Under the pieces are notes generated by a model. It worked only from the letters and a program-made list of their open reading frames with translations, was not told where the DNA came from and ran no database searches. The position numbers and the translations under genes were made by a program. Of a stretch of DNA of 64,000 bases, positions 39,835 through 50,738 are shown piece after piece. Origin of the DNA: an uncultured Chloroflexia bacterium (GTDB lineage Bacteria > Chloroflexota > Limnocylindria > Limnocylindrales > CSP1-4); the NCBI GenBank assembly GCA_963746845.1, contig CAVVCZ010000004.1, positions 512,001 to 576,000 on the forward strand, read 5' to 3'. Every line of letters starts with the position of its first letter. The stretch's first letter is position 1.

Positions 39835-40631
39835 GCGTCGACCGGTGGGCCGGCGGCGCGGCGTATGAGCACTACATCGGCCGCTGGAGCCGGCGGGTCG
39901 CCCCGGAGCTCGTCGACTGGCTCGACATCCCGACCGGGGGCGACTGGGTCGATGTCGGGTGCGGCACGGGCTCGCTCAGCGCCACGATCCTGGATCGGGC
40001 GGCACCCGGCTCGGTCGTCGGCGTCGATCCGTCCGCCAGCTTCGTCGAGCACGCCAGCTCCACGATCCTCGATCCCCGCGCGCGGTTCGAAACGGGCTCC
40101 GCGGATGCACTCCCGCTCGCGACCGGCAGCGTTGACGCCGCGGTTGCCGGGCTCGTCCTGAACTTCGTCCCGGACATCCCGGCAGCGCTCGCGGAGATGT
40201 GCCGCGTCGTCCGGGCTGGTGGCCGGCTGGGTGCCTACGTCTGGGACTATGGCGGCGGCATGGAGGTGCTCCGGCGCTACTGGGACGCGGCCGCCGCGGT
40301 GGCGCCGGTGGAGGTCGAGGCCGTGGGGGCGGAGCTGTTCCCGATCTGCGAGCCGGGCGCGCTGGCGACGGCGTTCCGAGCGGCTGGTCTCGAGGAGGTC
40401 GAGGACCGGGCGATCGACATCCCCGCCGTCTTCGTGGACTTCGACGACTACTGGGGGCCCTTCCTGTCGGGGATCGGTCCGGCGCCCGGGTTCAACCTCC
40501 GCCTCGACGAGGGGCGCCGGAACGCCGTCCGCGAACGCCTGGCGGCGACCCTTCCCATCGAGGCAGACGGTTCGATCCGGCTGACCGCACGCGCGTGGGC
40601 CGCGCGTGGCCGGCGCTTCGCCACGCGCTAG
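39831..40631 (+). CDS. Class I SAM-dependent methyltransferase
   Basis: YEHYIGRWS, VDVGCGTG, GLVLNFVPD, AYVWDY. Confidence 0.9.
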   Translation: MSVDRWAGGAAYEHYIGRWSRRVAPELVDWLDIPTGGDWVDVGCGTGSLSATILDRAAPGSVVGVDPSASFVEHASSTILDPRARFETGSADALPLATGSVDAAVAGLVLNFVPDIPAALAEMCRVVRAGGRLGAYVWDYGGGMEVLRRYWDAAAAVAPVEVEAVGAELFPICEPGALATAFRAAGLEEVEDRAIDIPAVFVDFDDYWGPFLSGIGPAPGFNLRLDEGRRNAVRERLAATLPIEADGSIRLTARAWAARGRRFATR

Positions 40632-40639
40632 CGAACCCC

Positions 40640-40980
40640 ATGGACGAGACGCCCGCCCCCGAGCGTCGGCGGCCCGATCCGGATGGCGTCGTCCGGTACA
40701 AGACCCTGGTCGGCACCGGCGATCGCGTCGCCTGCCACGGCCGCTCCGACTGGGCGGCCCGCCCGAGACGTGCGCGAACCCGGCGATCGCGATCGTGTCG
40801 TGCGGCACGTCGATCGCGTACTGCGCCGTCCACCTCGATGGCTGGAGCAGCTCGCATGGCTGCGCGACCCTCGCCGCGATCGACGCCACCGGCGTGTGGC
40901 GGCCGACGTTCGAGGCCTGGCAGCCGCGTGGACCGCGCGCGAACGACTGGAGACCCGAGCCGTTTCCGTTCGACTGGTGA
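40640..40980 (+). pseudogene. Small Cys/His-rich protein split by an apparent 1-nt deletion near 40752
   Basis: MDETPAP...VACHGRSDW in one frame continues as GPPETCANPAIAIVSCGTSIAYCAVHLDGW... in another, across a GGG run. Confidence 0.45.
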
Positions 40981-41012
40981 CCGCGGCCCGGTGAGGGCGA
41001 CGAGAGCTGCGC

Positions 41013-41393
41013 TCAGGCGGCCGGCTTGAACTGCCAGATGCCGATCAGGTTGCCGTCGGGGTCCTTCAGCCACGCGGCGAAGCCCGCGCCGACGTCGGCG
41101 ATCCCGTCGACGGTCTTCGGCGTCTCGTAGCTCTCGAAGACAACGCCCTTCTTCCGGAGCGCCGCGATCTCGTCCTGGATGCTCGTGACCCGGAACGCCA
41201 TCTGGGTGTGTGTGCCGGCGGCTGTGCCGGCGCTCCGCGAGACCGCGAAGAACGTCCCGCCGCCCGCGTCGTAGTAGACCGTGGTCGGGGTCTCCTGTTG
41301 GACCCTGAACCCGAGGACGTCCTCGTAGAACCGCCTCAGGGCCGACACGTCGGCCGTGGGGATCGTGGCGTACACGGGATGATCCGAGAGCAT
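41013..41393 (-). CDS. VOC/glyoxalase family protein
   Basis: RRFYEDVLG, MAFRV, AWLKDPDGNLIGI; GAGGAG RBS. Confidence 0.92.
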   Translation of the reverse strand: MLSDHPVYATIPTADVSALRRFYEDVLGFRVQQETPTTVYYDAGGGTFFAVSRSAGTAAGTHTQMAFRVTSIQDEIAALRKKGVVFESYETPKTVDGIADVGAGFAAWLKDPDGNLIGIWQFKPAA

Positions 41394-41440
41394 CGCCCAC
41401 TCCTCGACGATCAGAACAACTCCCGTACGATACGCCGGTC

Positions 41441-43345
41441 ATGACGGACGCACCCCCGCTCGACCGAGGCCCGGACGCCGCGCCCCACGACCGGCTCGCG
41501 ACGCCGTACCGGACGCACACCTGCGGCGCGCTTCGCGCCGAGGATGCCGGCCGGCCGGCCCGGCTCTCCGGCTGGGTCCACCGCCGTCGCGACCATGGCC
41601 AGCTGATCTTCCTCGACCTCCGCGACCGCCACGGGATCACCCAGGTCGTCGTCGACAGGACGGACGATCCCGAGGCCCACGCGGTCGCCAGCCGCGTCCG
41701 GAGCGAGTTCGTCATCACGGTCGACGGCGTCGTCGCGGCCCGGCTCCCCGGCACGGAGAACGCACGTCTGCCGACCGGCGCGATCGAGCTCCGCGCCCGG
41801 GAGGTCCGGATCCTCAGCGAGTCGAAGACCCCGCCGTTCTACGTGAACGACCCGGATGCCCCGATCGACGAGGCGCTCCGGCTCCGGTATCGCTACCTCG
41901 ACCTCCGGCGCGAGGCGATGGCCGAGCGGCTGCTGCTGCGGAGCCGGCTCGTCCAGGCGGTCCGCCAGGTCCACCATGACCACGGCTTCATCGAGGTCGA
42001 GACGCCCAACCTGATCAAGTCCACGCCCGAAGGTGCCCGCGACTTCATCGTCCCGTCCCGGCTCCAGCCGGGCGCCGTCTACGCCCTGCCGCAGAGCCCG
42101 CAGCAGCTCAAGCAGCTCCTGATGGTGGCCGGCGTCGACCGGTACTTCCAGATCGCCCGCTGCTTCCGTGACGAGGACCTCCGCGGCGACCGGCAGCCCG
42201 AGTTCACCCAGCTCGACCTGGAGATGAGCTTCGTGGACGAGGATGCCGTGATGGCGTTCGTCGAGACGATGGTCATCGAGGTCTGCCGCGCCGCGACTCC
42301 CGAGCGCCCCATCGCGGCGATCCCGTTCCCGCGGTTCACCTACGACGAGGCGGTGGAGCGCTTCGGCAGCGACAAGCCGGACCTGCGGTTCGCGATGGAG
42401 CTGGTCGATCTCGCGCCGCTCTGGGCAGAGATGCCGTCCGGGTTCCGCGTCTTCGACGACGCCCTGGCGGGCGGCGGCCGGGTCAAGGCGATCGTGGCGC
42501 CCGGGATGGGCGGCGCCTCGCGCAAGGAGATCGACGAGCTGACCGAGCGGGCGAAGCGGTTCGGCGCGAAGGGTCTCGTCTGGCTGGCCGTGGACGATAC
42601 CGGCGCCATCCGGTCGTCGATCGCGAAGTTCCTCGGCGACGACGGCATGGATCGGCTGGTCGTCCATGCCGGCGCGGCGCCCGGCGACCTGGTCCTCGTC
42701 GTCGCGGACGACCCCGCGATCACCGCCGACGTGCTCGGCCGCCTGCGGGCCGAGCTCGGAGTCCGGCTCGGCCTTGCCGACCCCGAGGTCCTGTCGTTCT
42801 GCTGGGTCCATCGCTTCCCGATGTACCAGTGGGACGCGGACAACGGCCGCTGGGACGCGACCCACAACCCGTTCAGCGGCGTCGTCCCGGAGGACGAGCC
42901 GCTGCTGACGACCACGTCCGGGGATCCCGCCCGGCCGGACCCGGGCGATCCCGCCGGTCGCGCCCGGGCGATGCAGTACGACATCGTCCTGAACGGCTGG
43001 GAGCTCGGCGGCGGGTCGATCCGGATCCATCGTCGCGACCTGCTCGCCCGGAGCTTCGCGCTCCAGGGCCAGACCGAGACCGGCATGAAGGAGAAGTTCG
43101 GGGCGCTGCTCGAGGCGTTCGAGTACGGGCCGCCGCCACACGGCGGGATCGCGCTCGGGATCGACCGGTGGGCGGCGCTCCTCGCCCACCAGTCGAACAT
43201 CCGCGAGGTCATGGCGTTCCCGAAGACGCAGTCGGGCGGGGACCTCATGCTCGAGGCGCCGTCGCCGCCCGATCCGGCCCAGTACGAGGAGCTCGGGCTC
43301 CGGTTCGTCGGCGTGCCGGGCCGACCGACGACACCGTCCGGCTAG
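41441..43345 (+). CDS. aspS: Aspartate--tRNA ligase, likely non-discriminating Asp/Asn type
   Basis: YRTHTCG, RRRDHG (His typical of ND-AspRS), LPQSPQ, CFRDEDLRGDRQPEF, PPHGGIALGIDR. Confidence 0.96.
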   Translation: MTDAPPLDRGPDAAPHDRLATPYRTHTCGALRAEDAGRPARLSGWVHRRRDHGQLIFLDLRDRHGITQVVVDRTDDPEAHAVASRVRSEFVITVDGVVAARLPGTENARLPTGAIELRAREVRILSESKTPPFYVNDPDAPIDEALRLRYRYLDLRREAMAERLLLRSRLVQAVRQVHHDHGFIEVETPNLIKSTPEGARDFIVPSRLQPGAVYALPQSPQQLKQLLMVAGVDRYFQIARCFRDEDLRGDRQPEFTQLDLEMSFVDEDAVMAFVETMVIEVCRAATPERPIAAIPFPRFTYDEAVERFGSDKPDLRFAMELVDLAPLWAEMPSGFRVFDDALAGGGRVKAIVAPGMGGASRKEIDELTERAKRFGAKGLVWLAVDDTGAIRSSIAKFLGDDGMDRLVVHAGAAPGDLVLVVADDPAITADVLGRLRAELGVRLGLADPEVLSFCWVHRFPMYQWDADNGRWDATHNPFSGVVPEDEPLLTTTSGDPARPDPGDPAGRARAMQYDIVLNGWELGGGSIRIHRRDLLARSFALQGQTETGMKEKFGALLEAFEYGPPPHGGIALGIDRWAALLAHQSNIREVMAFPKTQSGGDLMLEAPSPPDPAQYEELGLRFVGVPGRPTTPSG

Positions 43346-44251
43346 GTGAGCCCGGGGGTCGAGCTCCGACGGCTGACCGGTGCGGACGTCGCGACGCTGT
43401 CGGCGGAGGTGGACCGGGCTCGCGCGGCCGACGAGATGCGCGCCTCGTCCGACGATGACGGGACGTTCCTCGCCCGGGTCTTCGCCATGGATCCGACGAT
43501 CGTCGGCGGGGCGTGGGCCGGTCCGGACCTCGTCGGGTTCGTCTCGTCCGAGTTCAAGATCACCTGGGTCCGGCCCGAGCGACGCCGGCACGGAATCGGC
43601 CGCCGCCTGATCGACCTCGTCGAGGAGATGGAGCGCGATCGGGGTCGCCCGGAGGTGATCATGGGTCGAATGCCGGACGACGAGCCGGCCCGCGAATTCC
43701 TGGTCGCAACGAGGTTCGCCTTCCACTCCGTGCTCTGGGACCTCACGCTGGAGGCCTCGACCGAGATCGCGCCGCCCGCGTGGCCGGCGGGGGTCGTCGC
43801 CCGGACCATCGATCCGGACCGGGACATCGAGCGCTGGGTTGAGCTCTTCAACTCGGCGTTCGCGAGCCACGCGACCCCGCTCCAGATCGACCCCGAGTTC
43901 GCCCGCGCCAGCCGCGATGACCCGGACTTCGACGCCGCCGATACGCTGGTCGTCGAGGACGAATTGGGCGCGCTCGTCGCCTTCTGCGCCGTGGCGCCGG
44001 TCCGCCACGGCGGCGTGGTCGAGCCGCACGGCGAGATCTGGACCGTCGGCGTCCGGCCGGATCTCCAGGGGATGGGGCTCGGCCGGCAGCTCCTGCGGTG
44101 GGGCGCCGGCTACCTGCGCTCGATCGGCGTGACCGACATCGCCCTGTCGGTCAACGGGCGGAACGAGCGGGCGCTCGGCCTGTACGAGTCGGAAGGGTTC
44201 GTCCGGACTCGCACGCGCGAGCGCTGGGCGCGCCCGGTGGGTCCGCCGTGA
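43346..44251 (+). CDS. Tandem GNAT acetyltransferase (MshD-like fold)
   Basis: VRPERRRHGIG and VGVRPDLQGMGLG; NERALGLYESEGF. Confidence 0.82.
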   Translation: MSPGVELRRLTGADVATLSAEVDRARAADEMRASSDDDGTFLARVFAMDPTIVGGAWAGPDLVGFVSSEFKITWVRPERRRHGIGRRLIDLVEEMERDRGRPEVIMGRMPDDEPAREFLVATRFAFHSVLWDLTLEASTEIAPPAWPAGVVARTIDPDRDIERWVELFNSAFASHATPLQIDPEFARASRDDPDFDAADTLVVEDELGALVAFCAVAPVRHGGVVEPHGEIWTVGVRPDLQGMGLGRQLLRWGAGYLRSIGVTDIALSVNGRNERALGLYESEGFVRTRTRERWARPVGPP

Positions 44252-45198
44252 TGTCGGGAACGAACGATCTCCCGCGGCCGCTCGACGCGATCGCCGCCCG
44301 GCCACGGCTCGCGGCGCTGCTCGGCGCCGTCTGCATCGCGTTCTCGGGGATCCTGTACCGCTGGGCCCTGGTCTCGCCGTCGACCGGCACCGTCTTCCGC
44401 GCGCTGTTCGGGCTGCCGTTGCTGGGGCTCGTGGCGTGGCTCGAGTACCGGCGCTATGGCGGGCTGCCGGTCCGGACGATCCGCCTCGCGCTCGTCGCCG
44501 GCGTCTTCTTCGCGGGCGATCTCCTGTTCTGGCACCACGCGATCGAGTACGTCGGCGCCGGGCTGGCGACGGTCCTCGGCAACCTGCAGGTGCTGGTCGT
44601 CGGGGTCGTCGCGTGGATCGCGTTCGGGGAACGGCCCAGCCGGTCCGTGTTCCTGGCGCTGCCGTTCGTCCTGCTCGGCGTCGCGCTGATCTCGGGCGCG
44701 TTCGGCGGCACCGCGTACGGCTCGAATCCGACCCTCGGCGTGATCCTCGGGCTGTGCACGGCGTTCTGCTACGCCGGCTACCTGCTGGTGATCCGGCGCG
44801 GCGGGCGTGACCTCCGCCGGCCGGCCGGCCCGGTCGCGATCGCGACCGTCTCGACGGCAATCGTGGCGGCCGCCGTCGGCGTCGTCGGCGGCGATCTCGA
44901 TCCGACCCCACCGCTCACGAGCCTCGCGTGGCTCGCCCTGCTCGGGCTCACGTCGCAGTCGCTCGGCTACCTGCTGATCTCGCTGTCGCTGTCCCGGCTG
45001 CCGGCGGTGATGACGTCGATGATCCTGCTGGCCCAGCCGGTCATGACGGTGGGGCTGGCGATGATCCTCCTCGGCGAGACGCCGTCGTCCTCCCAACTCG
45101 TCGGCGTCGCCCTCGTCGTGGGCGGGATCGCGGCGGCGACCCTCGGCCCGAGCGCCCGGCGGATCAGGAGCCCGCGGCAGGTCGAAGCAGGAGCGTGA
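44251..45198 (+). CDS. DMT/EamA family transporter
   Basis: About ten TM helices; LATVLGNLQ, FGERP, LLGETPS. Confidence 0.88.
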   Translation: MSGTNDLPRPLDAIAARPRLAALLGAVCIAFSGILYRWALVSPSTGTVFRALFGLPLLGLVAWLEYRRYGGLPVRTIRLALVAGVFFAGDLLFWHHAIEYVGAGLATVLGNLQVLVVGVVAWIAFGERPSRSVFLALPFVLLGVALISGAFGGTAYGSNPTLGVILGLCTAFCYAGYLLVIRRGGRDLRRPAGPVAIATVSTAIVAAAVGVVGGDLDPTPPLTSLAWLALLGLTSQSLGYLLISLSLSRLPAVMTSMILLAQPVMTVGLAMILLGETPSSSQLVGVALVVGGIAAATLGPSARRIRSPRQVEAGA

Positions 45199-46400
45199 AC
45201 GTCGTGCCCCTCCCGAGCTCGCTCGAGACGTCGATCGTCCCGCCCCACGACGTGACGGTCGCGTAGGCCGTCGGCAGCCCGAGACCCGTCCCGACGCCCT
45301 CGGGCTTCGTCGAGAAGAACGGCTCGAACACGCGCGCCCGAGTCGGCTCGTCCATGCCCGTCCCGGTGTCGGACACGGCCAGCGCCACCATCGAGCCGTC
45401 ATGGGTCTCGACCGCACGACCCGCGAACCGGATCACGCCGCCGTCCGGCATCGCGTCGCGGGCATTGACCACCAGGTTCACGAGGACGTGCTCCAGCTCG
45501 GCGGGGTCGGCCAGGACGGGCGGGAGGCCAGGTTCGATCGCGGCGTCGATCCGGATGGCGGGCCCGACCGTTCCGGCCAGCATCCGCCCGGCCCGCGCCA
45601 CGAGCTCCGCCAGGTCGACCGGCTCGATCACGCCGGATCGCGTCCGGCTGAAGCTGAGGAGGTCGCGGACGAGGTCCGTGCCGCGATCACTCGCGTGGAG
45701 GATCGCCTCGGCGTCCTCCCGTGACGGCCTGTCGAGCGGTGTCTGGAGGAGGAGCTCGGCCCGACCGCGGACGATCGCGAGCAGGTTCCCGAAGTCGTGG
45801 GCGAGGCTCCCGGCGACCCGCCCGATGGCCTCGATCCTGGCGAGCTCGCGGAGCCGCCCCTCGGTCGCCTGGCGTTCGAGGGCCGCACCGATGATCCCGG
45901 CGGCGGCGCGCAGCGCGTCCAGCTCCGGAGCGGTCCAGATGCGATCGGGGTCGGCGTCGTCGTAGCCGACGTGGCCCCACCATCGGCCGGCGACCCGGAT
46001 CGGCGTGACGACGATCGACCCGACCCGGTCGGCGGCCAGCAGCACGCGCTCGTCGTCCGGCATCTCGCCGATCCTGCCGGCGACCAGCCGGCCGGCCGCC
46101 AGCTCTCGTTCCCAGCGGGGGAAGTAGAGCAGCCCGCGCGGATCGGGTGTCGCGACGAGGGCATGGACGCCGGGACCATCCCACTCGGCCCACGGCCGCA
46201 TGTGGGAGCCGTCGTCACCGACGATCCGCTCGATCAGCGCCACACGGCCCGCGCCGGCGGCCGTCCCGAGCCGGGCGAGGACCTCGGGGAGGCCGTCGTC
46301 GAGCGGGTCGCCGGCGAGGAACCGCTCGGCGGCGAAGGTCACCGCCTCGAGGATGACCTCGCGCCGGTCGATCGGGGCGCTGGCGTCGTCGACGATGACG
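45164..46400 (-). CDS. GAF-containing sensor histidine kinase (start uncertain)
   Basis: AHDFGNLL (H box), NLVVNARDAMP, VSDTGTGM, FEPFFSTK, GTGLGL; GAF-like N terminus. Confidence 0.85.
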
Positions 46401-47108
46401 TCAGTCGCCGGGCTCGGCGGCCTGGGCGAACGGCGCGAGCGACGGTCCTTCGAGCGGCGCGTCGTCCGACACGTCGGCCGCCCCTGCGCCCCACTCGTGG
46501 ACGTGGCCCGCGACGGGCTCGAGTGGCCCGACGTATGGCGGCAGCTGGGATCGTGGTGTCCGGCCGTCGATCGCGACGCCCGGGTCGCCGAGGTCGGCGG
46601 TTCGCTCGTCGAGGCCACCGGCTCGCAGGTCGGCCAGGACGTCCATCGGCATCCGGTCCGGGCCGACCGCCCGCAGCGCGTCGAGGGCGTCCGTCGGCAG
46701 GAGCGCCGGCCAGCCCGCCTCGTCGTCCCACGTCGGACGGAGGAGCGCGTCCGGGACGGCTCCGTGGAGCTCGATCAGGGAGGTGACGGTCTCGGGGCCG
46801 ACCCACGTCAGGCGGGCCGGCCACAGCAGGACCCCGTCGGTCTCGGTCACCTCGGCGATGGCGACCTCGGCACCACGAGCCATCTGGGCGGCAGGACCCC
46901 GCTCCGGCGGCGCGGGCTCGGCCAGCGTCACGGGCGCACCCGCGAGTGCGGCCGCGACCTCGCCCGCCGGGTCGAACGAGACGACGACGACCGGGGTCGC
47001 CCCGCCGGACCACGCGACGTCGGCGATCCGCCGGACCGCGGGCAGCCCGTCCGCGTCGGCGAGCGCCGATTCGAGCGAGGCGGCGAGGATCACGGCGGCC
47101 ACGGTCAC
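46401..47108 (-). CDS. MobA/MocA-like nucleotidyltransferase-fold protein with degenerate signature
   Basis: VAAVILAA start, GWPALLP, DLGDPGVAID; extended -10 TGcTAGCAT 6 nt upstream. Confidence 0.65.
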   Translation of the reverse strand: MTVAAVILAASLESALADADGLPAVRRIADVAWSGGATPVVVVSFDPAGEVAAALAGAPVTLAEPAPPERGPAAQMARGAEVAIAEVTETDGVLLWPARLTWVGPETVTSLIELHGAVPDALLRPTWDDEAGWPALLPTDALDALRAVGPDRMPMDVLADLRAGGLDERTADLGDPGVAIDGRTPRSQLPPYVGPLEPVAGHVHEWGAGAADVSDDAPLEGPSLAPFAQAAEPGD

Positions 47109-47223
47109 GGCTCGATGCTAGCAGCGGCCCGGTTCAAGAGTCGGCATTCCGTGCGAGAATGACCGGCCCCCGAACCAGGAGCCCCGCCACCTCGTGCCCG
47201 CCGCCAGCCAGAATGCCCCAGTC

Positions 47224-49128
47224 ATGACCAGCGCCAGCGCCACCCGCGCCGACCTGCGCAACGTCGCGATCGTCGCTCATGTCGATCACGGCAAGACCAC
47301 CCTCGTCGATGCGATGCTCCGCCAGACGGGCACGTTCCGCTCGAACGAGGCATTGGTCGATCGCGTCCTCGACTCGGGCGATCTCGAGCGGGAGAAGGGG
47401 ATCACGATCCTCGCCAAGCAGACGACGGTCGACCACGGCGGGGTCCGGCTGAACATCGTCGACACGCCGGGCCACGCCGACTTCGGCGGCGAGGTCGAGC
47501 GGAGCCTGCTGATGGTGGACTCCGTGCTCCTGCTCGTGGACGCCGCGGAGGGGCCGCTGCCCCAGACCCGGTACGTCCTCCAGAAGGCGATGGCCCGCCA
47601 CCTGCCGGTCGTCGTCGCGCTCAACAAGATCGACCGCGGCGACGCCCGCCCGGCGGAGGTCCTCGACGAGGTCTACGAGCTGTTCATCGACCTCGGCGCC
47701 GACGAGCATCAGATCGAGTTCCCGGTCCTGTACACGAACGCGAAGGCCGGAACGGCCTCGCGGTCGCCCGACGAGCCCGGGGTGGACCTCCGTCCGCTCC
47801 TCGACACGCTGATCGCGGTCACGCCACCGCCGAGCCACGAGCCCGGCCATCCGCTCCAGCTGCTGGTCACGAACCTGATGGCGAACGACTACGTCGGGCG
47901 GATGGCGGTCGGGCGGATCTGGAACGGCACGATCCGGATGGGCCAGAAGGTCACCGTCGTCCGCGAGGAGGCCGACGACACCGCCGGCGCCGTCGAGCCG
48001 GGGCGGACCGTGACCCTGAGCGGGACGGTGACTTCGCTCCAGACGGCGAAGGGGATCGACCGGATCGACATCGCCGAGGCGGGTCCTGGCGACATCGTCT
48101 CGGTGGCCGGCCTGCCGGAGGTCACGATCGGCGACACGCTCACCGATCCGGCGGATCCGCGACCGCTCCCGCGGCTCGACGTGGACGCACCGACCCTGCG
48201 AATGACGTTCGGCGTCAACACGTCGCCGTTGTCGGGCCGGGAGGGCAGGTACGTCACCAGCCGCCAGATCAAGAGCCGTCTCGACAAGGAAACGCTCGGA
48301 AACGTCTCGATCGAGGTCCACCCGACCGAGTCGGGTGACACGTTCGAGGTCCGTGGTCGCGGCGAGCTCCAGCTCGCGGTGCTGATCGAGCAGATGCGGC
48401 GCGAAGGCTTCGAGCTGACCGCCTCCCGACCCGAGGTTCTCCTCCACACCGTCGATGGCGAGGTCCAGGAGCCATACGAGCGGATCACGATCGACATCCC
48501 GCCCGACTACATCGGCGAGGTCCAGGGGGCGCTCGCGGACCGCAAGGGACGTCTCGAGCAGATCTCGACCGACACCGACGGGCGCGTCCGCATGGAATAT
48601 GTCCTCCCGGTGCGCGGCCTGATCGGCTATCGGGGCCAGCTCCTGACCGACACGCGCGGGACCGCGCTGCTCCACCAGATCGGCGAGGGCTACGGCCCGT
48701 GGGCGGGCGAGGTGACGCACCGGACGAACGGCGTGCTCGTCAGTGACCGCTCGGGCACCTCGAATGCCTATGGCCTGTTCAACCTCGAGCAGCGGGCCGA
48801 GCTGTTCATCGGCGCCGGAGTCGAGGTCTACGAGGGGATGATCGTCGGCGAGAACTCGCGGTCGGGTGACATGGATGTCAACCCGACGAAGGAGAAGAAG
48901 CTGACGAACATCCGGACGCACTCGCACGACGAGTCACTCCGCCTGACGCCGGCACGACCGCTCACCCTGGAGTCGGCGATCGAGTTCATCGCGGTCGACG
49001 AGCTGGTCGAGGTGACGCCTCAGTCGATCCGGTTGCGGAAGCGGGCCCTGTCGCAGCACGACCGGCGACGCGAGCGCGGTCGCGAAGAGGACCTGCGGCG
49101 CTCCGGCGAGCGCGAGGCGGCCGACTAG
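47224..49128 (+). CDS. typA: Translational GTPase TypA/BipA
   Basis: IVAHVDHGKTT, EREKGITILAK, DTPGHADFGGEVER, GRGELQL, KKLTNIR. Confidence 0.97.
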   Translation: MTSASATRADLRNVAIVAHVDHGKTTLVDAMLRQTGTFRSNEALVDRVLDSGDLEREKGITILAKQTTVDHGGVRLNIVDTPGHADFGGEVERSLLMVDSVLLLVDAAEGPLPQTRYVLQKAMARHLPVVVALNKIDRGDARPAEVLDEVYELFIDLGADEHQIEFPVLYTNAKAGTASRSPDEPGVDLRPLLDTLIAVTPPPSHEPGHPLQLLVTNLMANDYVGRMAVGRIWNGTIRMGQKVTVVREEADDTAGAVEPGRTVTLSGTVTSLQTAKGIDRIDIAEAGPGDIVSVAGLPEVTIGDTLTDPADPRPLPRLDVDAPTLRMTFGVNTSPLSGREGRYVTSRQIKSRLDKETLGNVSIEVHPTESGDTFEVRGRGELQLAVLIEQMRREGFELTASRPEVLLHTVDGEVQEPYERITIDIPPDYIGEVQGALADRKGRLEQISTDTDGRVRMEYVLPVRGLIGYRGQLLTDTRGTALLHQIGEGYGPWAGEVTHRTNGVLVSDRSGTSNAYGLFNLEQRAELFIGAGVEVYEGMIVGENSRSGDMDVNPTKEKKLTNIRTHSHDESLRLTPARPLTLESAIEFIAVDELVEVTPQSIRLRKRALSQHDRRRERGREEDLRRSGEREAAD

Positions 49129-49472
49129 CCGACCCGACCCCGGTGGACGGAGCCGACGCGAACGACCAGCGCGTCATGGACGGCACCATCATCGAACGAA
49201 TGGTCCACGAGCTCGATGAGGACCGGCTCGAGCGCGCGACGCGGATCGTCGTCGGTTCCCCCATCGGGTGTGGACGGCGCCGTCACCGCCCGCCACGCCC
49301 ACGGCTCATCGCTCTCCTGGACGCCACGCGGCCAGCCGAGCCCGCGATCCGGCGGCACGAACAGCTGGGCCATGCCGTCGCCCGCGCGCCCGAGCGACTG
49401 CACCATGAGGCGCGGACCGAACCACACGATCGCGGCGGCGGCGACGGCGACGACGAGGCTGGACGGGTCCAT
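49125..49472 (-). CDS. Hypothetical small membrane protein
   Basis: ATG after GGAG; N-terminal hydrophobic helix; GWPRGVQESDEPWAW motif. Confidence 0.55.
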   Translation of the reverse strand: MDPSSLVVAVAAAAIVWFGPRLMVQSLGRAGDGMAQLFVPPDRGLGWPRGVQESDEPWAWRAVTAPSTPDGGTDDDPRRALEPVLIELVDHSFDDGAVHDALVVRVGSVHRGRVG

Positions 49473-49553
49473 GCGGGTCTCCGGAGATGCCTCATTGTCG
49501 CGCGCCGGGCAAGCCGCCGGCGACGCGTGGGGTGCCGCGTACAATCGGCGACG

Positions 49554-50738
49554 ATGGTGATCTACCTCGACCACGCAGCGACGACCCCGCTCCGTCCGGA
49601 GGTCCTCGAGGCGATGCTCCCGTATCTCACCGGTGCCTTCGGCAACGCCTCGTCGTCCCATGCGTTCGGCCGGGCGGCCCGGGCCGCGCTCGACGACGCG
49701 CACGAGCGGATCGCGAAGCGGATCGGGGCGGAGGCCCGCGAGATCGTCCTGACGTCGGGTGGGACGGAGGCCCTGAACCTCGGGCTGAAGGGTGCCGCAT
49801 GGGCCGGCAAGGGCCACGGGCACCGGATCGTCACGTCGTCGGTCGAGCACCACGCCGTCGGCCACGCCCTGCGCTATCTGGAGAAGTTCGGGTTCGAGGT
49901 CGTCGAGCTGCCGGTCGACCGCTACGGTCGTGTGGACCCCGACCAGGTCGAGGCGGCGATCACGGACAAGACGATCCTCGTCGCGGTCATGCTCGCGAAC
50001 AACGAGGTGGGCACGATCCAGCCGATCGCAGACATTGGCAGGCGCGTCCGCAAGCATCGCGGGGTGCTGTTCGCGGTGGATGCGGTGCAGGCGGCGCCAT
50101 ACCTCGAGATCGACGTCGAGACGCTCGGCGCGGACCTGCTCGCGATCAGCGCCCACAAGTTCGAGGGGCCGAAGGGCATCGGGGCGCTGTATCTCCGCCA
50201 CGGGACCCACATCCTCGCCCAGCAGCAGGGCGGTGAGCAGGAGCGTCATCGTCGCGGCGGGACGGAGAACGTTGCCGGTGCGGTCGGGATGGCGGCCGCG
50301 TTCGAGCTCGCGACCGGCGAGCGGGCCGAGACCGTGAAGCGGCTCCGTCGGCTCCGGGAGCGGCTCCAGAAGGCGGCCCTCGCGGTCGATGGCGTCGAGC
50401 TCACGGGTCATCCGAAGGATCGCCTGCCCGGTCACCTGTCGCTCATCGGACGAGACACCGACGGGTCCGCCGTCGCCGTGTCGCTGGATCTGAACGGGAT
50501 CGCGGTGTCGGTCGGCTCCGCGTGCACGAGCGGCTCGACCGAGGTCTCGCATGTTCTCTCGGCGATGGGCTACCCGGAGGAGGAAGCGCGCGGCGCGCTG
50601 CGACTCACGCTCGGACGGACGACGACGGAGGCCGAGATCGAGGAGGCATCGGGCATCGTCCCGGGGGTCCTCGCGGCGATGCGGATCGGCGCGGCGGCGG
50701 TCGCGGCGGATCCCCTCGGGCAGGGCCTGCCGGCGTGA
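49554..50738 (+). CDS. iscS: Cysteine desulfurase (IscS/NifS)
   Basis: [42 protein letters not shown]. Confidence 0.94.
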   Translation: MVIYLDHAATTPLRPEVLEAMLPYLTGAFGNASSSHAFGRAARAALDDAHERIAKRIGAEAREIVLTSGGTEALNLGLKGAAWAGKGHGHRIVTSSVEHHAVGHALRYLEKFGFEVVELPVDRYGRVDPDQVEAAITDKTILVAVMLANNEVGTIQPIADIGRRVRKHRGVLFAVDAVQAAPYLEIDVETLGADLLAISAHKFEGPKGIGALYLRHGTHILAQQQGGEQERHRRGGTENVAGAVGMAAAFELATGERAETVKRLRRLRERLQKAALAVDGVELTGHPKDRLPGHLSLIGRDTDGSAVAVSLDLNGIAVSVGSACTSGSTEVSHVLSAMGYPEEEARGALRLTLGRTTTEAEIEEASGIVPGVLAAMRIGAAAVAADPLGQGLPA

